Source of the DNA: an uncultured Acidobacteriaceae bacterium
Lineage (GTDB): Bacteria > Acidobacteriota > Terriglobia > Terriglobales > Acidobacteriaceae
Length of the DNA stretch: 64,000 nt
NCBI GenBank assembly: GCA_963818235.1
Contig: CAWFRI010000003.1
Coordinates: 295,831 to 359,830, forward strand
Direction of reading: 5' to 3'
In this document: piece after piece, positions 18,283-27,750 of the stretch
Position numbering within the stretch: the first letter of the stretch is position 1
Layout of the letters: the number at the start of each line of letters is the position of its first letter
Program-made: the position numbers and the translations under genes
Notes under the pieces: generated by a model
Told to the model about the DNA's origin: nothing
The model's database searches: none
What the model saw: only the letters and a program-made list of their open reading frames with translations

Positions 18283-21200
18283 ATGCGCAGGAGCTCAGGT
18301 TGGCGGTTACTCATCGGTTTGTGCGTTTTATGTGCCGCGTTGTCCGCCGGCGCCCAGACCATCACCGGAACCATGCAAGGTGTGGTGACCGACCCGCAGG
18401 GCGCAGCTCTGCCCAACGCGCAAGTATCCATCCGCAACGTCGCCACCGCCGACACCCGCACCGTTATGACTGACGGCAGAGGCCTCTATACCGCTCCCGA
18501 TCTGCCGGTCGGCATCTACGATGTCACCGTCAAAGTCGCAAATTTCAAGGAGTCCGTCTCCAAACACGTTGAATTGGACGCATCGACGGTTGCTACGGTG
18601 AACGCGGTTCTCCAGGTGGGAAGCGTCAACGAGCAGGTCACGGTCGAGGCCAGCGCCGTCCAGGTGGAAACCGCCAGCGGCGTGCTGTCGACCACGGTGG
18701 AAGGCAATGAAGTCCGCGAGTTGCCTCTGAATGGCCGCAACTTCGTCGAGCTCACCCAGCTTACCCCCGGCGTCTCTCCTCTGGACGCCTTTAGCACCAT
18801 CCACAAGGGCTTGGAAGCCGGCGTCGATTTCTCCATTAACGGCAACAACGTCACTGGCAATCTTTTCCTGGTAGACGGCGTCAACAACAACGACATCGGC
18901 TCGAACCGTACAATTCTCGTCTATCCGTCTATCCAGGCGATCGATGAAATGAAAATCCTCACCAACAGCTACGGAGCAGAATACGGCCAGGCTTCCGGCG
19001 GCGTTATCTCCATCATCACGCGCGGCGGTACCAACAGCATCCACGGTGGCGGATTCTACGATGGCCGCAATACCGCCCTGAATGCCAACGACTATTTCAA
19101 TAATCAGCACGACGTTCCACGTAGCGCCCTCCACCGCAACGACTATGGCTTCAACGTCGGCGGCCCTATCATCAAAGACCGCCTGTTCTTCTTTGAATCC
19201 GAAGAGTGGAACAAGGAACTTCGTGGCGCTGCCCGCTTCGCCGAAGTGCCCTCACTGGCTGAACTCAATGGAGATTTTTCCACTCTTCGCACGAACAGCG
19301 ACGGATCGCCCTGCGAGAACGCGCCAACAGTCAATGGAACGGTCTTGACTAACATTTCACAGGTGCCGGCGCCAGGTGGACTCTCCATCGGCGGCCAAAC
19401 CATGGCTAAGGATACCTACCCCGCGCCAAATCTAACCAACGTTACCAACTGCGATAACTGGGGATTCACCCAAAGCACCTCGGTTCCCTGGCGCGAAGAC
19501 AACATTCGTATCGATTTCAACGTGACCAAGACCTGGAAACTGTTCGGTCGCTTTACCAATGACGCCTGGTCAAACCCAGCACCCAACACCCTGGGCTATT
19601 GGGGCGATGACATCTATCCCGCGGTTGAAGGCAGCTGGGCACAACCCGGCCGTCAGGCGACCGTAAAGTTGACCAAGCTTTTTGGCGGTACAGCCGTCAA
19701 TGACTTTCAGTTGTCCTACGCCGCGAACAAGATTACCGTCACTCAGGGCGGTACTGGCCAGAACGGCCTTTCACCGACCGCTCTGGTTGAGCAAATCAAT
19801 GCGGCCAATCCGTCACTTTTCGGCTATAACACTAAGTTTGGCGGGGCTGCCGGAACCGGTCAGCCTCTATTCTGGAGCGCCATCTCCGGCACGGGAAATT
19901 ACCAGGGAGGCGGCGCTGCGGTAGGGGGTATCTCTGATATGGGTCCGTGGTACAACAATGAGCAACTGCTGATTCTGAAGGATGATTTCTCCAAAGTTCA
20001 CGGCGCCCATACCTTCAAGGTCGGATTCATCGCTACCAACAACCAGAAAAACGAAATCAATAGCAATAGTTCCGGAGAGAACTCCGCCTACTGGAGCACT
20101 GGCAGCGCCGGGTCCGCCCTAGCGGGGTATCCAGGCAGCAGCGGAAATGGAATATTTGACCTCCTCTGGAACGAGCAAACCTGGGGCGGCTCGGAGGCCA
20201 CGACCAACGCCTACGCTCTAATGCGCTGGCACGATTACGAAGTTTACTTCCAGGACAGCTGGAAGGCTCGCCGTAACTTGACCGTCGATTACGGCCTACG
20301 CTACTCGGAACTTCGCCAGCCCTTCACCGGGAACGACCAGTATTCCACCTTCATTCCTTCTCTGTACAATCCCGCACTTGGCGGTACGCCCTGCAACGGT
20401 ATGTGGGTGCTCAAGCCGGGATTGGCTGCATGTAATGCCTTGCCCAACGGTGCGGGTGCGGGTGCCGTCCTGTCCTCGAATCGAGCACTGGTTCCTAATA
20501 ATAACCACCTCTTTGCCCCACGCCTCGGCATCGCCTGGGACCCTTACGGAGACGGCAAAACTTCGATTCGTGCGGGAATTGGGCAGTTCTTCCAGCGCGA
20601 TCGCGTTGCCATCCGCGAAGCCGGAGCCGCAAACACTCCGTTCGTCCTAAGTTCCAGCTTCGAGCGGCAACTGGATGTTGCCCCGACGAACCTGACCGCC
20701 TCGGGAGCGCCTAGCCGCTCCTATGCGCAGACTTCGGCTATCCCCAACACGTTGCAATACAACCTCACCTTCGAACGGGAGCTCTTCCGGAATACAAAAT
20801 TACAGCTGGGCTATGTCGGAAACCGTGGCTACCATCTGCTCGACATATCGGACGCGAATCCAGTACCGGTAGACGAGCGTGTCGCATTCTCGCTCGCCAA
20901 CTCAAACGGCTTGCGTCCCTATGGTGCGGGTAACTTTGGCTTCATTGCGCAACAGCAATACGAATCGGCGTCAAACTACAACGCTTTGCAGGCCCTGCTC
21001 CGCTCGCGACTCAAGAATTTGGATGCGCAGTTCGCCTACACATGGTCCAAGTCCTTGGCCAATACGGATATCGGCGATTCCAGCGGCAGTACGGATGCGG
21101 GCAACACGTTCCTCAATCCGGCCGACCACCATCTTGACTACGGCCCAACTACGCTGAATCGTCCCCAAGTCTTTACCGGGAATATCGTCTACAACCTTCC

Positions 21201-21936
21201 TACACTGGACGGGCGCAGCGGAGCGTTGCGGGCCGCAGCCGGAGGGTGGCAGGCCAGCACCATCCTTACCTACGCCAGCGGTCCTTCGTTAAGCGTGTTA
21301 GCTGGGAGTGGAGGAGGGGGGCCGGTTCCTGCCACAACCACCCCGGCAGGATTTGCCAGTGGCGTTGGCCCGGCGGGAGGTCTTATGGGAACCGGACAGG
21401 ACGAAAACGAACGGCCTAACCTGGTAGCCGGAGCATCCTGCGGTGGATCCGGAAACCAGTGGATTAATCCCAACCTGTTCACCCTGAATAACTACCTCTT
21501 GGGTGCCAATCCAACCTCGCCTCGCGGAATCTGTGCGGGGCCGGGCATTGCCGATACCGACTTCTCGCTCCGCAAGAACTTCAAGATCACGGAGCGAGTC
21601 CGGATGCAGTTCGAGCTTGATTTCTTCAACTTCTTCAACAAAACTCAGTTCAACTCGACTGGTATGAATCTTTCGTTGTCTAACTCAGGTACTCTCTGTG
21701 CTGTCGGTGCTAGCTCAGACCCGAACGAGCCTTGGTGTGCCGGGCACGTGGATAATTCGATCTACTGGAATAACACTCCGACTACGTGGAGTCTCCCTGC
21801 GACTGCTCCGGAGTGCGCCACAGCGGGAGCTGCGTGCTCGTTCACCATCGGAAGTCAACAGCAGACGAGCTTCGGAAAGGTCGAAAACGATCGCGGTCCG
21901 CGCCAGATTCAATACGGCTTAAAGGTTGATTTCTAA
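18283..21936 (+). CDS. TonB-dependent outer-membrane receptor with N-terminal carboxypeptidase-regulatory-like domain
   Basis: Signal peptide, then a CarboxypepD_reg-like segment (...GVVTDPQGAALPNAQVSIRNVATADTRTVMTDGRGLYTAPDLPVGIYDVTV...). Plug region (...LNGRNFVELTQLTPGV...), long beta-barrel and terminal ...YGLKVDF aromatic residue. GGAGG RBS. Confidence 0.9.
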   Translation: MRRSSGWRLLIGLCVLCAALSAGAQTITGTMQGVVTDPQGAALPNAQVSIRNVATADTRTVMTDGRGLYTAPDLPVGIYDVTVKVANFKESVSKHVELDASTVATVNAVLQVGSVNEQVTVEASAVQVETASGVLSTTVEGNEVRELPLNGRNFVELTQLTPGVSPLDAFSTIHKGLEAGVDFSINGNNVTGNLFLVDGVNNNDIGSNRTILVYPSIQAIDEMKILTNSYGAEYGQASGGVISIITRGGTNSIHGGGFYDGRNTALNANDYFNNQHDVPRSALHRNDYGFNVGGPIIKDRLFFFESEEWNKELRGAARFAEVPSLAELNGDFSTLRTNSDGSPCENAPTVNGTVLTNISQVPAPGGLSIGGQTMAKDTYPAPNLTNVTNCDNWGFTQSTSVPWREDNIRIDFNVTKTWKLFGRFTNDAWSNPAPNTLGYWGDDIYPAVEGSWAQPGRQATVKLTKLFGGTAVNDFQLSYAANKITVTQGGTGQNGLSPTALVEQINAANPSLFGYNTKFGGAAGTGQPLFWSAISGTGNYQGGGAAVGGISDMGPWYNNEQLLILKDDFSKVHGAHTFKVGFIATNNQKNEINSNSSGENSAYWSTGSAGSALAGYPGSSGNGIFDLLWNEQTWGGSEATTNAYALMRWHDYEVYFQDSWKARRNLTVDYGLRYSELRQPFTGNDQYSTFIPSLYNPALGGTPCNGMWVLKPGLAACNALPNGAGAGAVLSSNRALVPNNNHLFAPRLGIAWDPYGDGKTSIRAGIGQFFQRDRVAIREAGAANTPFVLSSSFERQLDVAPTNLTASGAPSRSYAQTSAIPNTLQYNLTFERELFRNTKLQLGYVGNRGYHLLDISDANPVPVDERVAFSLANSNGLRPYGAGNFGFIAQQQYESASNYNALQALLRSRLKNLDAQFAYTWSKSLANTDIGDSSGSTDAGNTFLNPADHHLDYGPTTLNRPQVFTGNIVYNLPTLDGRSGALRAAAGGWQASTILTYASGPSLSVLAGSGGGGPVPATTTPAGFASGVGPAGGLMGTGQDENERPNLVAGASCGGSGNQWINPNLFTLNNYLLGANPTSPRGICAGPGIADTDFSLRKNFKITERVRMQFELDFFNFFNKTQFNSTGMNLSLSNSGTLCAVGASSDPNEPWCAGHVDNSIYWNNTPTTWSLPATAPECATAGAACSFTIGSQQQTSFGKVENDRGPRQIQYGLKVDF

Positions 21937-21959
21937 CCGGGCCGTCCTCTAGCTTAAAC

Positions 21960-22000
21960 GGGTGAGGCTTGACGAAAGTCGGGCCTCACCCTTTATTCTG
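21960..22000 (+). terminator. rho-independent terminator after the TonB receptor gene
   Basis: GGGTGAGGC (21960-21968) pairs perfectly with GCCTCACCC (21983-21991). Followed by TTTATTCTG. Confidence 0.6.
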
Positions 22001-22008
22001 TTCTAACA

Positions 22009-24303
22009 ATGTTTCCCAGCAGTTCCTCCGCAGCCTTGCGTAAAATCCGGCACTCACGCTCCCTTTTGCATCGCCTCCTCGCCCTCACGCCACTGTTCGC
22101 TCTATTCCTCTTGCACGCGTCCGCCCAGACCCCCAAGCCGAAGCCCACACCTCCCGCTGCCGAGCCAGATCAGCTTGAACAGCACTACGATGCCGCCCGT
22201 ACCTTTGCCATCGGCGGCGACCAGGAACACGCAGCAGCCGAGTACAGAGCCTTCCTCGCCGAAGCTCTACGCCGCACCGCCAACGCCCGCACCCATCAGG
22301 GCGATCTGGCCACGGCGGAGGCCCTGTTCAAAGACGCATTAGCCGTCGATCCGAAGAATCCTGATATTCGCCTTGATTACGCCCTTCTCTGTCTGGAAAA
22401 AGAGGACTACAACGAGGCAAAGTCCCAGGCGGAAAAGGCCCTTCAGATAGCCCCCGATTCCACTCGCGCCCATTACACCCTCGGCCGCATCCTTTACGAG
22501 CAAGGCGACTTCGCCGGCGCTAAGGCGCAACTGGAGATCGCCGTAGTGGCGAACTCCACCTTCGATGTGGGCTACAACCTCGCCCTCACTTACCTCCACC
22601 TGAAAGACCTGAACCGCGTGCGCCTCTTATTCGACGAGATGATCGCCGGCCTCGGAGACACCGCCCAGCTTCACCTCCGCTTCGGATACGCCTATTGGAG
22701 TACCGAGTACGCCGACAAAGCCATCGAAGAATTCAAGCGGGCATTGGCCAAGAATCCCAAGATAGCCCAGGCTCATTACTTCATGGGACTGGCCTACCTC
22801 CATCGCGACGAAGACAAAGGTTGGGGCGAGGACGCGCAGGAGCAGCGCGAAGAGATCAAGATCAATCCCAACGACTTTCGCGCCCACTATGAACTGGGCA
22901 ACATCGCTTTGAAGCAGCGCCAGCCGGACGAAGCCGAAAAAGAACTCAAACGCGCTTCCGAGCTCGCTCCCGATAATCCCGACCCTCTCATCTACCTGGG
23001 AGAACTTTATGCCGGCCAGGACCGCCCCGTGGAAGCGGAAGCGGCCATGCGCAAGGCCATCGCCCTCACCACCGACCCCGCCCGCGGAGGCTATCAGATT
23101 CACCGCGCCCACTACGTCCTGGGACGCATCCTCATCCAGTCTGGACACCGCGACGAAGGGGCCAAGGAACTCAAGATTTCCGCTGAACTGCGGGAACAGA
23201 CGCATCCCGAATCCGAGAGAAATAGCGCGCCGCAGGATGCGATTCCTGTCTCCGCCAAAGAAAATCAGGTACGTCCCGATTCAACTCCCGAGCAAGCAGC
23301 GGAGAAACAGAAGTTGGAAGCTTATCTCAACCAACTCAAGCCCGGTATTGCGGACGCTTACAACAATCTCGGCGTGGCTGCGGCGGGTCAGAAAGATTTT
23401 GTTACCGCGGAGAATTATTTCCGCAAGGCAGCGACGTGGGATCCCTCTCTTCCAACTATTGACCGAAATTTAGGGATGGCGGCCTTCTACGCGGCGCAAT
23501 ACTCTGACGCCATCACTCCCCTTTGGCATCACCTGGAGCGGCATCCTGACGATATGCGTGCCCGGGCCGCCCTCGGCCTGAGTTACTTTGAAGTCGAAAA
23601 ATATTCGGCTGCACTGGAAACTTTACAGCTCTTAAACCCAGATGAAGTGAATACCGATCCCGGCCTGTCCCTCGTTTATGCCGTTTCACTGGCGAAAACA
23701 GGAAAGTACGATGAAGGCATGGCGCGGATGAAGTCTCTAGAACAGGCGAACCCGGATTCGGCAGGCGTCCACGTCGCCATCGGCGAAGCTTACGCCGATC
23801 AGAAGCTCTATGGCACAGCGATTGAGGAATACCGTAAGGCACTGGCGATCGACTCCAGTCAGGCCCGCACGCATTTCCTCCTTGGACTTTCCTTAATGCA
23901 CGAGGCTACTCAGGCCGACGCTGCGCAGGAATTTCGAGCCGCTCTTGCGCTTGATCCAAAAGATGCGACTACGAAATATCATCTGGCGTACTCCCTGATC
24001 CAGATGCAGAAAAACGACGAAGGCCAGGCTCTGCTGCGCGAAGTTGTCTCGCAGAATCCCTCCTACGCCGACGCTTTTTATCAGTTAGGTAAACTTGAAT
24101 TGGAACAGGGAGACGCCAAGACCGCCATTGCAAATCTCGAAACCAGCGCGAAATTAAGTCCCGCCAGCGATTACATTCACTACCAACTCTCCATGGCCTA
24201 CCGCCGCGATTCCCGCACCGAAGACGCGGAACGAGAGATGCAGGTGTACGAGGCTATGAAACAGCGCCGCCGGGGAGATCATGAGTCTTCGCCATCGAAT
24301 TAA
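22009..24303 (+). CDS. secreted tetratricopeptide-repeat protein (764 aa)
   Basis: Signal peptide (...LFALFLLHASAQ) followed by many TPR-like units (A..Y..AL..DP.. periodicity throughout). Confidence 0.85.
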   Translation: MFPSSSSAALRKIRHSRSLLHRLLALTPLFALFLLHASAQTPKPKPTPPAAEPDQLEQHYDAARTFAIGGDQEHAAAEYRAFLAEALRRTANARTHQGDLATAEALFKDALAVDPKNPDIRLDYALLCLEKEDYNEAKSQAEKALQIAPDSTRAHYTLGRILYEQGDFAGAKAQLEIAVVANSTFDVGYNLALTYLHLKDLNRVRLLFDEMIAGLGDTAQLHLRFGYAYWSTEYADKAIEEFKRALAKNPKIAQAHYFMGLAYLHRDEDKGWGEDAQEQREEIKINPNDFRAHYELGNIALKQRQPDEAEKELKRASELAPDNPDPLIYLGELYAGQDRPVEAEAAMRKAIALTTDPARGGYQIHRAHYVLGRILIQSGHRDEGAKELKISAELREQTHPESERNSAPQDAIPVSAKENQVRPDSTPEQAAEKQKLEAYLNQLKPGIADAYNNLGVAAAGQKDFVTAENYFRKAATWDPSLPTIDRNLGMAAFYAAQYSDAITPLWHHLERHPDDMRARAALGLSYFEVEKYSAALETLQLLNPDEVNTDPGLSLVYAVSLAKTGKYDEGMARMKSLEQANPDSAGVHVAIGEAYADQKLYGTAIEEYRKALAIDSSQARTHFLLGLSLMHEATQADAAQEFRAALALDPKDATTKYHLAYSLIQMQKNDEGQALLREVVSQNPSYADAFYQLGKLELEQGDAKTAIANLETSAKLSPASDYIHYQLSMAYRRDSRTEDAEREMQVYEAMKQRRRGDHESSPSN

Positions 24304-25837
24304 CCGGGGGGCGGTCGTTCTAGTGGCGATTTTTCTGTGCCTATCCTCTTCCGTCACAGCCCAGGTTCCGAAAGACTCGACCGCAAAAGCAGCCTACAAT
24401 CAGGACCCCTTAGCCAAAGCGCGCGCTCAATTTGCACATAGCGATCTGAAAGATGCAGAAGCGTCTCTCTGGACTGTACTCGCAAGTAATCCCAATCAAG
24501 AACAGGCCCTCACTTTGCTCGGCCAAATTCGCTGCCGACAGGAACGCTACGCGGAGGCGGAAGCTCTTTTCCGGCGAGTCTTGCAGCTCAATTCGAACTC
24601 AGTTCAAGCTCATCGCGGATTGGGCAGCGCGCTGGTCGCGGAAAATCAGCCCGATAAAGCCATCGAGCAGTTCTCAGCCGCACTGGCTCTAGATCCCGGA
24701 GATGTAGTATTAAGCGTCGAACTTGCCCGCCTCTATGGTTCCGGTGGACAGTTTGAGCAGGCACTCGCCGTTTTACATTCGATCCCAGCAAACAAATTTC
24801 CCGCTGAGGCAATTCCGGTGAAGGCCGCAAGCCTTCTTGCCCTCGGCAAGAACGCCGACCTTGCAGACCTCTCTGAGCGGGCGAAGGTCTCTTCGCCCTC
24901 TGAACTTGAACTCGCAGAAGTCTACCTCGATGCCAAGCGTCCCGATCAAGCTCTCCAATGTCTAGATTTCGTTGCCTCAAATTCGAAGCGGCAGCCAGCC
25001 CAGTTCTATTACCTCCGGGGACGAGCATTTCAGCTTAAGAGTCAGACGCAGTCAGCCTTGAGTTCGTTCCGCCAGGCTCTCGCGGTTGATCCAAAGTCTA
25101 CGGATACGCTTGTGGCCATTGCAGAATTGCATTCCGACCAGAATCAACACGCCGATGCGGTCGCAGCTCTTCAAAAAGCTCTCGCGCTAAATCCCGATAG
25201 CGCCATCGTGCTGCGCCATCTCATTGTGGAGGCAACGAAAGCGGGACAAGGTCAGGCCGCTCTCGATGCGGCATCGGCATTGGCGGCCAAAAGCCCGGAT
25301 AATCCCGACGATCTTTATCTAGCAGGCGCTGCCATGCTCCAACAAAATACCACCGGAGCGAGCACCGTTTTAGAAAAATATGTTGCTCTGCGCAACGACA
25401 ATGCCAAGGCATGGCTGGCGCTGGGTATGGCTTATGTGCAACAAAAAAGATACGCGGATGCACGGCAGCCGCTGGAACGTTCGGTGCAACTCGATCCCAA
25501 CATTGCAGAGGCGGAGTACCAACTCGGAGTGGTTTCCAAAAATGACGGCCGTTCCGCCGAAGCTATACAGCATTTTCAACGTGCCGTGAAACTACAGCCC
25601 AAACATGCGAAAGCTCTTTGGAGCCTCGGCAATCTCTACTTGCAATCCGGCGATCTGCAAAACGCTCAGGAGACGCTGCAAGCCGCCGAAACCATCGATC
25701 CGAATAACGTCGAAACTGAATACGATCTAGGTCTTGTGCTGACCAAACTTGGCAAAACAGAATTAGCGAAAGCCCACTTCCAAAAATTCCAGAAACTGAA
25801 AGGCGAACTCCCACCAGCCCCACGCGACGCGCAATAA
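24281..25837 (+). CDS. secreted tetratricopeptide-repeat protein (518 aa)
   Basis: Signal peptide (...AIFLCLSSSVTAQ) and repeated TPR units. Overlaps the upstream TPR gene by 23 nt. Confidence 0.85.
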   Translation: MSLRHRINRGAVVLVAIFLCLSSSVTAQVPKDSTAKAAYNQDPLAKARAQFAHSDLKDAEASLWTVLASNPNQEQALTLLGQIRCRQERYAEAEALFRRVLQLNSNSVQAHRGLGSALVAENQPDKAIEQFSAALALDPGDVVLSVELARLYGSGGQFEQALAVLHSIPANKFPAEAIPVKAASLLALGKNADLADLSERAKVSSPSELELAEVYLDAKRPDQALQCLDFVASNSKRQPAQFYYLRGRAFQLKSQTQSALSSFRQALAVDPKSTDTLVAIAELHSDQNQHADAVAALQKALALNPDSAIVLRHLIVEATKAGQGQAALDAASALAAKSPDNPDDLYLAGAAMLQQNTTGASTVLEKYVALRNDNAKAWLALGMAYVQQKRYADARQPLERSVQLDPNIAEAEYQLGVVSKNDGRSAEAIQHFQRAVKLQPKHAKALWSLGNLYLQSGDLQNAQETLQAAETIDPNNVETEYDLGLVLTKLGKTELAKAHFQKFQKLKGELPPAPRDAQ

Positions 25838-25856
25838 TCTATGTTTATTTCACCGT

Positions 25857-27581
25857 TTATTTCACCGCAACAGCAGTCTTGCTCAAGGACACTGTTCCGT
25901 TGAACGCCATTTTTGCGGTGACTCCTTTATCTTCCACGATCGTATAAATAAAATCAGATGCCAAATCTTTATAAGTTTCTTTCTTTCCGCTCGGCCACGA
26001 AACTTCCGCCGTCATACTCGTTTCCATCCCCAGACCGAAATGTAGCCGCAGATCGTTCTGCGAGCAGTAACTCCCTCCGCCCCGCACTTCGCTGAACTGA
26101 GCAACATTCCCAGCCGTCACCGTTACCCGCGCCCCAATTGCCGCTTTATTGCTCTTAGTTCCCACCAGATGAAACAATACCGCATGATTCTGATTCTGCG
26201 TTCGGTTAATCAACAGCGTCGGAGGCTGGCCGACGTTCAGAAGAAGAACGTCCACCTTGCCGTCATTATTCACATCCCCAAACGCCGCGCCCCGCCGCGA
26301 TTCCGGCGGTAAGTTGTCCAACCCGGAAAGCGCGCTGACATCTTCGAATGTGCGATTTCGATTATTGCGAAAAAGCAGAACCGGTTGCCGGTAAGGAGAA
26401 CTGCCTTTCACATTATCGAACTGAGGAAAGATGTGGCCATTGGCAACAAAAATATCAAGCCACCCGTCATTATCCATATCGACGAATCCCGCGCCCCATC
26501 CCACCATAGGAACGGTAGGCCGAGCGATCCCCGCCGGCCACGCGATATCGGTAAATCCGCGCTCTCCTTGATTCCAATAGAGCGCATCTCCCTCGCCATA
26601 AAAGTTTGTCACCAGTATGTCGAGACGCCCATCATGATCGATGTCACCAAAATCGACTCCCATCGATCCGCGCTCCTGGCCCTCCAGACTTAAAGCCGCG
26701 CCGGAAAACAAACCAATCTCTTCGAAGGTTCCATCATGTTTATTGTGATACAGATAATTCGGCCCGCCGTCATTGGTCACATACAAATCGGGCCAGCCGT
26801 CGTTATCGTAATCGGCCCAAATTCCCTGCATGCCTAGATAAGTTCCAGGATCATTCACTCCGGCTTTTTTCGAAACTTCTTCAAAAGTCCCATTCCCACG
26901 ATTGTGGAACAGCAAATCAGATTCTCCAGTGTGACCGCGCCGCGCGCACTCCATCGAAATCCCTGCGAAATCGCAAAGCTTGCCGATATCCTCCGGCTTG
27001 GGCAGCTTGCTCAAATCAACTTTCAGATAGCGAGGCACAAATAAATCGACGTAGCCGTCGCGATCGTAATCACCCCAGGCCGCGCCGGTGCTGTATCCTC
27101 CCGCTCGCAATCCAGATTTTTCAGTCACATCCTCGAATTTGCAGTTGCCAAGATTGCGGTAGAGAACATTGCCGCCGTAGCCCGTTACGTAAAGATCCTG
27201 CCAGCCATCATTATCAAAGTCCGCAACCGCCACGCCCATTCCCCATCCTTTTCGAGTCAGTCCCGCGGATTGAGTAATGTCAGTAAAATGCAAGTCTCCA
27301 TCCTGATGGTAGAGAGTCACCATCAGATCGCCGCCATTGCGGTAATGCTCCATGGTCGAACTATTCACGGTGACGATGTCCAGTTTTCCGTCATTGTCGC
27401 AGTCAATGAAGCCTGCGCCGCCGCTGGTGGATTCGACAATATAGTGTTGCGCCGGTTCCGCAATATGCGAAACGGTGAGCCCAGCCTGTTTGGAAACGTC
27501 TTCAAACCGCGGCGGGGGCGGCCCTTGCCCGAGACAATGCAGAGACAAAGTTAGAAGGGTACACAGTGGCAGGATCCGCAT
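25857..27581 (-). CDS. FG-GAP repeat / ASPIC-UnbV (CRTAC1-like) secreted protein, paralogue 1
   Basis: Signal peptide. Repeated DxDxDGxxD FG-GAP calcium-binding units (DCDNDGKLD, DFDNDGWQD, DYDRDGYVD, DYDNDGWPD, DIDHDGRLD, DMDNDGWLD, DVNNDGKVD). C-terminal ASPIC/UnbV segment (...GGSYCSQNDLRLHFGLG...VSWPSGKKE...). Confidence 0.9.
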   Translation of the reverse strand: MRILPLCTLLTLSLHCLGQGPPPPRFEDVSKQAGLTVSHIAEPAQHYIVESTSGGAGFIDCDNDGKLDIVTVNSSTMEHYRNGGDLMVTLYHQDGDLHFTDITQSAGLTRKGWGMGVAVADFDNDGWQDLYVTGYGGNVLYRNLGNCKFEDVTEKSGLRAGGYSTGAAWGDYDRDGYVDLFVPRYLKVDLSKLPKPEDIGKLCDFAGISMECARRGHTGESDLLFHNRGNGTFEEVSKKAGVNDPGTYLGMQGIWADYDNDGWPDLYVTNDGGPNYLYHNKHDGTFEEIGLFSGAALSLEGQERGSMGVDFGDIDHDGRLDILVTNFYGEGDALYWNQGERGFTDIAWPAGIARPTVPMVGWGAGFVDMDNDGWLDIFVANGHIFPQFDNVKGSSPYRQPVLLFRNNRNRTFEDVSALSGLDNLPPESRRGAAFGDVNNDGKVDVLLLNVGQPPTLLINRTQNQNHAVLFHLVGTKSNKAAIGARVTVTAGNVAQFSEVRGGGSYCSQNDLRLHFGLGMETSMTAEVSWPSGKKETYKDLASDFIYTIVEDKGVTAKMAFNGTVSLSKTAVAVK

Positions 27582-27750
27582 AAAGCCTCATGATTGTAAC
27601 ACTCAAAAACCGGCGCCAATTGCGCCCAATGACGCCTTGTGCCCGCCGATTCCGTCGAGTATTGTTAGTCTGTAAATCAGACTTTGAAATCAGAATCAGG
27701 AAATCCGTATCGGAATTGCAACGGAGAACCCGGATTCTAATCTTCCTCGT

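Noticed and set aside
18328-19134. 268-aa antisense ORF inside the TonB receptor gene (also 18516..18896)
   Set aside because: Gly/Ala/Val/Asp-rich mirror-frame translation of a strongly supported gene. No start context.
22627-23205. 192-aa antisense ORF inside the first TPR gene
   Set aside because: Antisense artefact of a GC-rich repeat gene; no domain.
26385-27277. Plus-strand ORFs (102 and 223 aa) inside ASPIC paralogue 1; equivalents at 29424..30674 and 33169..34137 in paralogues 2 and 3
   Set aside because: They recur only because the sense genes are paralogous. Translations are Arg/His/Pro-rich antisense artefacts.
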